Program-made: the position numbers and the translations under genes
Source of the DNA: Candidatus Methanomethylicia archaeon
GTDB taxonomy: Archaea > Thermoproteota > Methanomethylicia > Nezhaarchaeales > B40-G2
Reading direction: 5' to 3'
DNA: 64,000 bases
Assembly (NCBI GenBank): GCA_029259155.1
Contig: JAPDJI010000004.1
Span: 18,339-82,338 of the forward strand
Notes under the pieces: generated by a model
Database searches by the model: none
What the model was told of the DNA's origin: nothing
Seen by the model: only the letters and a program-made list of their open reading frames with translations
Shown: piece after piece, positions 40,623 through 48,848 of the stretch
Position numbering within the stretch: the first letter of the stretch is position 1
Layout of the letters: every line of letters begins with the position of its first letter

Positions 40623-40913
40623 GTGGTAGTCATGCCGACTTCAAGTAGGGGAAGTGTACTGGTTGGGGCAAAGCCTGTGATGAATTATGTATTGGCTTGC
40701 TTAACGCTCTTTCATCAAGGTTTTAACGAGGTGGAGATAAAAGCGAGGGGCAGGTCGATAAGCAAGGCTGTCGATGTAGCACAGTTGGTGTTAAACCGCT
40801 TCATGAGCGGAGCTAAGGTGAAAAAGGTGGAAATAGGGATGGAGCGTTTAACAACGAGTGACGGTAGAGCTGTAAATAAGAGTACCATAACCATAATCCT
40901 TTCAAAGGCTTAA
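40623..40913 (+). CDS. albA: chromatin protein Alba
   Basis: [40 protein letters not shown] matches the Alba consensus. Confidence 0.85.
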   Translation: MVVMPTSSRGSVLVGAKPVMNYVLACLTLFHQGFNEVEIKARGRSISKAVDVAQLVLNRFMSGAKVKKVEIGMERLTTSDGRAVNKSTITIILSKA

Positions 40914-40928
40914 TGACTTGGCTAAGGC

Positions 40929-41534
40929 TTGAAGTCTAGGCCGTTTTCCTCTCTATGGAGTGTTACAAACTTTTTAAGGAACCTGCTTATAAGGGAAAGG
41001 AAGGTGTGTTGGGTAGGGAGGGAGCCCTTGGATATACCAGTGTGCTACTTTTGCCTCAAAAGCGGATTCCTTTGTCAAAGCTGCAGTGACAAGTTGAAAA
41101 GAGGGGAAATTACTCAGCTTGACTTAGAGGTAGCTAGGAGCCTATTAGACCTAGAAGTTCGTTTCCCTCAATTAAAGGACTGTACTTTCTATAAAGCTGT
41201 GGAGGTTCCTGGACTAATTTTCATCATGGTTGGCTGTCGAAGAAGAATCCCTCGCGTCATATGGCGAAAGATCAGTAAGGCGCTAAGTGATGAGAAGAAA
41301 ATGGCGGTTAGGATCATAGAAAAGACGCCCAGCTTAAAGGCTTTTCTTACTCAGATATTATCTCCTGCCCGTATTTCTAGCATCAATACGATATGGCTCC
41401 CTGACGGTACCTGGGAGAGTAACGTTAAGATCTCGCCGGGAGATTTGAGAAAACTTCCTGCCGAGCCCAAGATACTAGAAGCGTTAATTAAGGACCTTAT
41501 TAACGAGAAAGTTACCATAACTCAGGCGGGCTGA
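40929..41534 (+). CDS. hypothetical Zn-ribbon protein (possible degenerate KH/NusA-like C-domain)
   Basis: Has CYFC...CQSC near the N-terminus. The start is uncertain. Confidence 0.3.
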   Translation: MKSRPFSSLWSVTNFLRNLLIRERKVCWVGREPLDIPVCYFCLKSGFLCQSCSDKLKRGEITQLDLEVARSLLDLEVRFPQLKDCTFYKAVEVPGLIFIMVGCRRRIPRVIWRKISKALSDEKKMAVRIIEKTPSLKAFLTQILSPARISSINTIWLPDGTWESNVKISPGDLRKLPAEPKILEALIKDLINEKVTITQAG

Positions 41535-41539
41535 CTTGT

Positions 41540-41929
41540 TTGTCGTCGCTTGAAAATGTTAAAGCGGTCATGATGGTAGATAAGGTGGAGCCTAGCGAGG
41601 TTGCAGGAGTATTTGTTGTATACTTTAAGGGACTTGAAGGCTCCCCGTTGGTAGAAATGAAGTTGGAATTACCTAGACAACTACTCATGTTTAAGAAAGG
41701 AGACAAAGTAACGTTGGAATTAGCTGAATCTCCTATTTCTTGGGGAGAAAAGTCTGATTTGCATTTAAGAGCTAGGATCTTCGGGTTAAAACCTATAGAG
41801 GGTGTTAGTATTCTCTATGCATCAGCTGGCGGCCTTCAGCTTAGGCTGTCGTTCAAAGAAAGTTCTCAGCGTTTCCAATCTTTAAGTAAGGTATATATTG
41901 CTTTCAAGATAATGAAGGAAACAGGGTAA
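41540..41929 (+). CDS. hypothetical protein (possible OB-fold; Rpo8-like not excluded)
   Basis: 129-aa ORF. No diagnostic motif. Confidence 0.3.
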   Translation: MSSLENVKAVMMVDKVEPSEVAGVFVVYFKGLEGSPLVEMKLELPRQLLMFKKGDKVTLELAESPISWGEKSDLHLRARIFGLKPIEGVSILYASAGGLQLRLSFKESSQRFQSLSKVYIAFKIMKETG

Positions 41930-42085
41930 CTCACTTTCGCTCTACTCTCTCACCTTCGCAAACACGTCCACTTTATTGACCCTCACCGGCGCCTATCAAG
42001 TATCTTCTTACCTTCCCAGAGGAAGCTACCTTACCATAAAGGTTAATTAAAACCCCTCTTCAGCGCCACCGAGGTTGAAGAAGCT

Positions 42086-43078
42086 ATGGACACTTGCAAT
42101 GAATGTGGAGGTCTCTTGATATGTAACGACCGGAAGGAATGGGTTTGTAGTAGTTGCGGCCTCGTTTACACCTATGAAGACTACACGCCACCCATATTTG
42201 TTCTTCAAAATGAGGATAGGGGAGGGGTTGAATCAAGGCAGTACGTCTCACCTCTACGCCGTTTAGGGCTTCAAGCACTTGGAAGCTATGTAGGATATGA
42301 AAACTCCTTAGGCTTACTGGATCCTTTAGGTCATCCTTTAAATCCAAGGCTGAGAGAGGCTTTCATTAAACTTAAAAGGCTCCATGATTTTCAGCCAAGA
42401 TCCGGTAGGAGCGGATCCATCGTTCAGGGCGAGAGGGCTCTCTTAAGGGCCTGTTCTCAGCTCAACGTTACAAACGCTGTAGTAAGAAGAGCCCTTCTCC
42501 TTTATAGGAAAGCCGTTAAAACTCAGGCTTGTTCTGGGCTCAGCCGCCCTTCACTGGCCGCTGCTTGTCTTTTCTTAGCCACGGGTACGTGGAAAGATAG
42601 TCGACCAGCTGGCGCTAAAAAGCTCCTTACCACCTTTAATGCTTTAAGGTATAGAGTGACCTTCAACAGTTTGTCAAAGGCTGTAGTGGCTGTGAGGAAA
42701 GCTTTAGGCATAAAAGTAGCTCCTCGAAGGCACCTAGACTATGTACCGTACATAGTAGAAGAATTACTATCTCGTGAAGAGATCCTAGGGAGGTTCGAAG
42801 AGGAGCGCGTTAAGCTCGGGGAATACAAGGTCAAGTTGATCCACTTATCACAACGGCTACTTCAGAAGCTTGATAGAAAACTTCTTGGAGGTAGAGCTCC
42901 ACATATACTTGCAGCAGCTGCAATATATGCGGCTTCTAGGCTGCTATCTCGTCAACTTAACTTAAAGAACTTCATTACTCAACGTGTTCTAAGTGAAGTG
43001 ATAGGGGTTGCGGAGTTTTCCATTAGGGACCATTACTCTAAACTCTTCAAACAGCTTTCCGGAAGGGGGTATGGTTGA
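42086..43078 (+). CDS. tfb: divergent transcription factor B (TFIIB) paralog
   Basis: Has an N-terminal Zn ribbon (CNECGG...CSSCG) and two cyclin repeats (ALLLYRKAV...SRPSLAAACLFLA; HILAAAAIYAAS...TQRVLSEVIGVAEFSIRDHY). The B-reader block (GPEWRxF) is not recognisable. An upstream TTAATTAAA element and a GAGGTTG RBS are present. Confidence 0.7.
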   Translation: MDTCNECGGLLICNDRKEWVCSSCGLVYTYEDYTPPIFVLQNEDRGGVESRQYVSPLRRLGLQALGSYVGYENSLGLLDPLGHPLNPRLREAFIKLKRLHDFQPRSGRSGSIVQGERALLRACSQLNVTNAVVRRALLLYRKAVKTQACSGLSRPSLAAACLFLATGTWKDSRPAGAKKLLTTFNALRYRVTFNSLSKAVVAVRKALGIKVAPRRHLDYVPYIVEELLSREEILGRFEEERVKLGEYKVKLIHLSQRLLQKLDRKLLGGRAPHILAAAAIYAASRLLSRQLNLKNFITQRVLSEVIGVAEFSIRDHYSKLFKQLSGRGYG

Positions 43079-43482
43079 AGTATTCTGCGAAGGAAGTAGC
43101 TGAAGCTATGGCCTCTGAAGGCCTTGAACCCGCCCTCATAAAAAGGGTCTTAATTAACTTAGGTTTCTCTAATGACGAAGCTGTCAGGGCGGTGGCTAGA
43201 GCATGCATAATTATGGGTAGAAAAATTGAACAAGACCGTTCGCAGGATTTTCCTCAATTAGCTGAACTGGTCAAGAAATATGATACTACGTTGTCCTCTT
43301 TAACTAGGGACGTAGAGGAGATTAAGGCGTCATTGACCCTACCGACGGTAAAAGACGTTGAAACTATTGAGCGTAGAGTATCGGTGCTCGAGAGTAAGGT
43401 CAACGCTTTGATCGATTTGCTCTCTGATTACGCCCCTATGATCATCGAAAAAGTCAGGGCTCGGGGGCAGTATGATACGTGA
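43075..43482 (+). CDS. hypothetical helical protein in the pilus-like operon
   Basis: 135 aa. The start overlaps the tfb stop. Confidence 0.4.
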   Translation: MKYSAKEVAEAMASEGLEPALIKRVLINLGFSNDEAVRAVARACIIMGRKIEQDRSQDFPQLAELVKKYDTTLSSLTRDVEEIKASLTLPTVKDVETIERRVSVLESKVNALIDLLSDYAPMIIEKVRARGQYDT

Positions 43483-45632
43483 AGTGTAACGGGAGATGTA
43501 CCGCGTTATTCAAGAGACATGGACATAAACTGGTCATTAAGTGTCCATTAAACTGCTTAGGCGCTGATCTAGCTGATAATCCACTTTGTCGAGCCAAGAC
43601 CATTTATTGGCTCAGTAGGGCGAAGGTAAATGAACTTGTAATTAAGACGTCTTTCCTCACTAAGCTCTATGAGGGAAGAACTGTTAAGCTCCTATCTGAC
43701 TATGCTCGACGGCTCGTTAAGGCAAGAGCTGAAGTATTAGATACGAAGCTCTTAACAAGTTGTCAAGGCGCTCTCGCCTGTTTTGAAGCTAAGAAAGGTT
43801 TTCTCGTGGATCTGTTCTCTCTCCATCCATCTCCAGGCCTTCTCTATACTGATCCCTTAACCGCCTTGCTAAGGGTTGATGAAGAGCTCAAAAAATTATC
43901 GATGTCTCCAGCTCAAGGAAAAGGATGTAAAGAATGTGTCGATGAATATACTGCAGCTCTCAAAAAATTAAGAGGTAGACTTAGATCCTCGGACTTGATC
44001 AAGGAAGGACTTAAGTTAGTTCCCCGTTCTCCTTCCACTACTTTGGTTTATACCGCTTTATTGAAGCCTTCTAGGACTTTAATTTCTCCCTACTCTCGAG
44101 AGAAGGCCCCTTCTTCTATGGCTGTGCGTGGAATTCTCCTTGATGAATACTTGGTACCGCCCTTTAAAATAAAGATCTTTCACCTGAATACACTTGAATC
44201 TCTTTATGTGGTTTCATTAACTCTTAATCCTTGGGAACGCTTAGTGGTCAACGAAGTAGTTAAGAGACTTAACATGTCTTCTACCTATATTCACGGCCTT
44301 GGAAAAAATAGGCTCTCTTTTTTAATTGATGTTAGGAGGCGCGATGTGGAGAACGTGCTAGAGGCACTTTGGTTTGAAGGTTTCGAGCAGACCAAGAATT
44401 CCAGAGCCGTGACTGAAGCTTCGGTGTTTAAGTCTCTTGGTCTTCTCAAACTCGCTCCCTTTCTTCTCGATGAAATGGTTGAAGAGTTCTTCTTGGACAA
44501 GCCTTCCTCCCATATTTACCTGATACATTCAAAGTGGGGCAGGTGTAGGTCCAACGTAATACTTAACGAACGTGATGTAAACAGGATAATTACGCACCTC
44601 AAGATCGATAGTGGCCTTCCACTAGATTATGAGAATCCTTCATTAAAATGCGAACTCATAACTGAGGCTTTCCATGTGAGAGCTTCAGTTGACATTCCTC
44701 CCCTCGCTGTTGATGGGCCTACGCTGGACTTTAGGAAATTGAGAAAGAAGGTTTGGACCCTACCTGACCTCGTAAATAATGGAACTTTAACTCCTGAAGC
44801 TGCTGCTTACCTACTTTTCTGTCTTTTTAGGCGTAGAAACATCACGGTTGTCGGGGAACCAAACACTGGTAAGACGACTCTCATTAACGCCCTAGACCTC
44901 TGTTCCCCTCCTCACTGGAGGAAAATCTACGTCGAAGACGTAACTGAAAGTATTCCGCAGTTAAAATTAGGTAAGCACCAGGTAAGGCTTAAGGTATCTC
45001 CTTTCGAAAGTCGGAGGCAGACTTTCCTTAAGAGCCTTGAAGTACTACGTCTTCTCCACAGATCGCCTGACTTCGTGATACTCTCTGAAATCCAAACTCC
45101 TGAACACTCTAAAGCCCTATTCCAAGCTTTAACTTCTGGCTTACGTGGTCTTCAGACGTGTCACGCCTCAACGCTTGAAGGGCTTTTAAGAAGATGGATT
45201 CTCCACCATGGTATTTCCCCCATCAACCTCTTGGACCTTGACCTCCTCGTTCAGATGAAAACTGTCCTCATCGATGGGAGAGAGGTTAGAAGGATGGTGA
45301 GGCTTAGTGAAGTAAAGGTTTCTGAAGAAGTTTCAGAGGTTTCTGAGGCACTGGCCCCAGTTAAACTGGTAGATGTGTTTACCTGGATCCCTAACTTAGG
45401 TTTAGTCAGGCAGGTTGATCTGTATGAAACACCCACTTTATCCAAGATAAAGGAGCTAGAGTTTCTTTCGAGGAAAAGGTTCGAGGAGGAAATAAGAGCC
45501 TATCAGGAACTTCTACTGAGACTTTCTTCTAGCTCAATTGACCCAGCAACTTGTTCAACCAAGCTTAGCCAACTGTACTTCAGGTATGTAGCCGGACTCG
45601 AGGAGGCTTCAACCATTGTTGAAGACATTTAG
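43479..45632 (+). CDS. type II/IV secretion-system ATPase (VirB11/TadA/FlaI family) with a roughly 400-aa Cys-containing N-terminal extension
   Basis: Has Walker A VGEPNTGKTTLINAL, an Asp box KIYVEDVTE, Walker B PDFVILSEIQTPE, and a His box LQTCHASTLEGLLRR. Confidence 0.7.
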   Translation: MKCNGRCTALFKRHGHKLVIKCPLNCLGADLADNPLCRAKTIYWLSRAKVNELVIKTSFLTKLYEGRTVKLLSDYARRLVKARAEVLDTKLLTSCQGALACFEAKKGFLVDLFSLHPSPGLLYTDPLTALLRVDEELKKLSMSPAQGKGCKECVDEYTAALKKLRGRLRSSDLIKEGLKLVPRSPSTTLVYTALLKPSRTLISPYSREKAPSSMAVRGILLDEYLVPPFKIKIFHLNTLESLYVVSLTLNPWERLVVNEVVKRLNMSSTYIHGLGKNRLSFLIDVRRRDVENVLEALWFEGFEQTKNSRAVTEASVFKSLGLLKLAPFLLDEMVEEFFLDKPSSHIYLIHSKWGRCRSNVILNERDVNRIITHLKIDSGLPLDYENPSLKCELITEAFHVRASVDIPPLAVDGPTLDFRKLRKKVWTLPDLVNNGTLTPEAAAYLLFCLFRRRNITVVGEPNTGKTTLINALDLCSPPHWRKIYVEDVTESIPQLKLGKHQVRLKVSPFESRRQTFLKSLEVLRLLHRSPDFVILSEIQTPEHSKALFQALTSGLRGLQTCHASTLEGLLRRWILHHGISPINLLDLDLLVQMKTVLIDGREVRRMVRLSEVKVSEEVSEVSEALAPVKLVDVFTWIPNLGLVRQVDLYETPTLSKIKELEFLSRKRFEEEIRAYQELLLRLSSSSIDPATCSTKLSQLYFRYVAGLEEASTIVEDI

Positions 45633-46398
45633 TAGTAAAGTTTATGCAAAGTTCACAAGCTCGTGGCTCCACTTATTGAAAAGTACGGTTCCAGCCCTAA
45701 GTGAATGGGGGATTAGGGAAGAAGAGGTGTATAGAGCTTTAAGCCCACTTATCAAGTTCTCGCTTTTATTCACCCTTTTACCTTTAATGGTACTTTGGCC
45801 TTTTGACGCTATCCTGGGGCTAACGTTATCGCTTGCTCTATTCTACCCCTCCATCAAGCTTCCTTCCCTATACGTGGTCAATAAGATTTTAAGGCCTACG
45901 CTCATTGCTGAGAGGTATTCTCCCTTCATAATTAATGAACTCATAATAACTTTCACGGCTTCAGGATCCCTTCATAGGGCAGTGACCTTTGTAGCTGAGG
46001 GAGATTATCCTCATATATCTCAATGTTTCAAGGAAATACTAAGGAGAACCGAGGAAGGAATAGACCTAGAACGTTTGCTTCTCCAGTACGCTAAGAACGC
46101 TCCACCTACCATAGGAGAGTTTCTATTACACTTTATTAAGGCTCCTGTGGAACATAGGTTTTCTGCCTCGGAACTTCAACATAAAGTATGGGAGGTGTAC
46201 CTCGAAGATATCAAGAGGCTTAGGCTGAACATTCTTGTTCTCTTTTCTATGGGCTTCCTGTTGCCTGTCCCTATCATTGCAGCTTTGTTAATAAGAGGAA
46301 CAAGCTACCTAGTACCTCTGATAGTACCTCTGCATACATTACTGCTTTCTCTCACCGTGAAAACCTCACTTAGAGGGAGGGTCATTCCATTAGGATGA
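45616..46398 (+). CDS. TadB/TadC (T2SSF)-like membrane platform protein, half-size
   Basis: 260 aa. The topology is TM-TM, then a roughly 110-aa cytosolic helical domain, then TM. Confidence 0.5.
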   Translation: MLKTFSSKVYAKFTSSWLHLLKSTVPALSEWGIREEEVYRALSPLIKFSLLFTLLPLMVLWPFDAILGLTLSLALFYPSIKLPSLYVVNKILRPTLIAERYSPFIINELIITFTASGSLHRAVTFVAEGDYPHISQCFKEILRRTEEGIDLERLLLQYAKNAPPTIGEFLLHFIKAPVEHRFSASELQHKVWEVYLEDIKRLRLNILVLFSMGFLLPVPIIAALLIRGTSYLVPLIVPLHTLLLSLTVKTSLRGRVIPLG

Positions 46399-47189
46399 GA
46401 CCTGTCGATAAAGTAGCCCTTTTCTTTTCTTTTTTAGCGTCTGTATGCGTCTTCATGGCGATATATGGATATGTTCATGGTGCAGCTGTAGCCATCGTCG
46501 TGGCTACCACTCTCCAACCCTTCCTCTATCTTTTCCTCTGTCTTCTACACCGTACGGAGAGGATTATGTCAAGGGCCGAAGACCTATCTGAGTTAGAGTT
46601 TTTCATGTCAATGGTTGCTGCGAAGCTTCGATTAGGCTTATCGATTGAGGCTGCTTTCCACGAAGCATGCCTTGAATATCGAGGTAGACTCAAAGAACTA
46701 TTGGAAAATGTGGACAGAAAGTTAATGGAGGGCTTGCCATTAAGCCTCGCTCTTTCAGGTTTATCAAGGTCTCTTAGGTCTCGTGAGGCCCGAAGGTTGT
46801 TGATGTTAGCACCTAGGCTTACGGAGTACAGCTCGAAGAAGGCTGGGGTTAACCTCTATCGTTTAGTAACTATGTTAAGGAGAAACAGGAAACTAAAGGA
46901 TAGACTATGGAAGGCTTTAAGAGCTGAAGACCTTAAGGTAAAGCTGCTTTCAATAATCTACGCTGCCGTGCTTGCTTCACTTGCCCATTTAGCTAGGTTA
47001 CTAGGAGAACTGGTAGGTTTTTCTCGACCACTAGATATGCTTTTTACTTTTCTACCGCTTGCCTTTATGTCCATTGTAACCCCCTTCTACGCTACCTTAA
47101 TAGTTCAAGGCGAAAAGCCTCTCCTTAGGTCCATTACGTCTCTCTCGGTTTTTCTCGCTTTCTACGTTCTGCTATATGCGATTGTGTAG
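46395..47189 (+). CDS. second TadB/TadC (T2SSF)-like membrane platform protein
   Basis: 264 aa with the same TM / cytosolic / TM architecture. The start overlaps the upstream stop. Confidence 0.5.
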   Translation: MRPVDKVALFFSFLASVCVFMAIYGYVHGAAVAIVVATTLQPFLYLFLCLLHRTERIMSRAEDLSELEFFMSMVAAKLRLGLSIEAAFHEACLEYRGRLKELLENVDRKLMEGLPLSLALSGLSRSLRSREARRLLMLAPRLTEYSSKKAGVNLYRLVTMLRRNRKLKDRLWKALRAEDLKVKLLSIIYAAVLASLAHLARLLGELVGFSRPLDMLFTFLPLAFMSIVTPFYATLIVQGEKPLLRSITSLSVFLAFYVLLYAIV

Positions 47190-47237
47190 GCGCAGGGGTT
47201 ATATATTCTTCATAGTGAAGGAGGGCGGTGTGCGAGG

Positions 47238-47483
47238 ATGGTATTTAGATTAGTTAAGAGGATTCTGAAGAATCGTACTGCTTCTCCTCTCGTCGAAGAA
47301 GGCATATTGCTGAGCTTAACCGTGGTATCGCTGGCTGTGGTCTTGTCCTTGATAGTAAGTCTTTTTGGAGGTATTGATAATGTCATGGGAGGGGCTAATG
47401 AAGCCATGAACAGTTTCTTCTCATCTGCTCTAAGAAGCCTTGACGACCTAGTTCGACAACTTAACAGTCTCTTTACTGGCTAG
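47238..47483 (+). CDS. Flp/type IV pilin-like protein (class III signal peptide)
   Basis: MVFRLVKRILKNRTA|SPLVEEGILLSLTVVSLAVVLSLIVSLF has a basic leader and then a hydrophobic helix. The E-E-G-I-L-L block resembles the Flp 'EYGLI' motif. Confidence 0.5.
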   Translation: MVFRLVKRILKNRTASPLVEEGILLSLTVVSLAVVLSLIVSLFGGIDNVMGGANEAMNSFFSSALRSLDDLVRQLNSLFTG

Positions 47484-47519
47484 TTTCACATAAAAATCGA
47501 TAGACGGTCAGAGGTCTTC

Positions 47520-48848
47520 ATGTTCAACCTAAACGAACTCATATTAATGAACGTCCTACCTCCTGTCCTCTTAAGACTGAGAGATCCTAATACTAAATCT
47601 CCCTATCATATCTTTGTTTTCGGAATGACGGGAAGCGGTAAGACCAATAGCGTGAAACACATAATATCATCCAAGAGAATCAAGCGCTCCCTATTGATTT
47701 TAGATTGGGCCGGTGAATATGGTGACATCAACCTATTATCTCTAACTCCTAGCGATCTATCTATGGAGAGCTTAGAGCCTACTCAGATCGTTGATGCGTT
47801 TAGTGCAGCTTACCAGTTAACTAGACCTCAAGAAGCATTTATGCTTAGATGCCTTGGCAGTTCATGTAGAATAAGCGAGTTAATAGATCGTATTAGCCAT
47901 GCTCCGTTAAGGAGCGCTAGCGAAGCTGAACTGAGGGAAGCGTTACTTCGGAGACTTGAACCTCTTCAAAGCTTAATGTTATTTGAAGGGGGTCAAGATC
48001 TTGCTGCTCTACTTGAAGGAAAGGTAAGATTAGACCTGAGCTCTCTTCCTTTTGAGGCTAGGAGGCTAGCGGTAAATATCATACTTAGGTTGATCTACAA
48101 CCGAGTGACGTCTTGTGGTAGTCATGGACTTATATTGGTACTTGAAGAGGCGGAAAACGTAATTCCCCCAAGAAGGTTCGAAGACCCTCCTCAAGGAGGA
48201 GAAGTAATAATAAACGAGTTGAGGAAGTGGGGTGTTTCGGTAATAGCTATTGCTCAGTTACCAAGTCAAGTAAGCATGTTTTCTTTTAGAAACTGCGAAT
48301 ACATAATATTGCATCGAGTGCAGTTAACTGCATTGGAGGCAGACTGGCTTGGCTTAACTCCTAACGATGTTATCAAGCTAGCCAAGCTACCCACTGGGCA
48401 AGCTCTCCTAATTCATAGGGGGTTAAAGAGGTGGATCAAGATTGCGCCTTTTAAGGCTTCATCTAGCCGAATTGAGGGGAACCGCCTGCTTACCTATCAT
48501 AAATTTTCTTCTTCTAAAACTGATGAAGTAGGTCAGGTTTCTGTCAGAGCGCCTAAGTCTGACGATGACAGGTTATCAATCATTGAGGGAAAACTTGAGC
48601 TCTTACACGAGAAACTAGACGAGGTAACAGGCCACTTCAAGCTCTTTGGCGAGCTTATTCACCTCCTCCCATACCTCGAAGCTTCAAAGAAGGGCGACTA
48701 CATAGTTATTGGCTCTAAAAGATACCTCAGCCCTGAGGAAGAACAGGTAGTAATTCGCCTCTTAAGTACTGCTGGAATCGTAGATAGCGCCTTGATTAAT
48801 GGGAGGAGGTACTGGGTGGTCAAGCCTAAGCATAGCGGGGCTTGTTAA
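47520..48848 (+). CDS. DUF87/HerA/VirB4-like P-loop ATPase
   Basis: Has Walker A FGMTGSGKTNS, Walker B LILVLEEAENV, and the arginine-finger-type block LRKWGVSVIAIAQLPSQV. Confidence 0.6.
   Translation: MFNLNELILMNVLPPVLLRLRDPNTKSPYHIFVFGMTGSGKTNSVKHIISSKRIKRSLLILDWAGEYGDINLLSLTPSDLSMESLEPTQIVDAFSAAYQLTRPQEAFMLRCLGSSCRISELIDRISHAPLRSASEAELREALLRRLEPLQSLMLFEGGQDLAALLEGKVRLDLSSLPFEARRLAVNIILRLIYNRVTSCGSHGLILVLEEAENVIPPRRFEDPPQGGEVIINELRKWGVSVIAIAQLPSQVSMFSFRNCEYIILHRVQLTALEADWLGLTPNDVIKLAKLPTGQALLIHRGLKRWIKIAPFKASSSRIEGNRLLTYHKFSSSKTDEVGQVSVRAPKSDDDRLSIIEGKLELLHEKLDEVTGHFKLFGELIHLLPYLEASKKGDYIVIGSKRYLSPEEEQVVIRLLSTAGIVDSALINGRRYWVVKPKHSGAC

Noticed and set aside
42084-42347. 87-aa minus-strand ORF
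   Set aside because: It is antisense to the Zn-ribbon region of the TFB paralog. The Cys/His-rich sequence is a mirror artefact.
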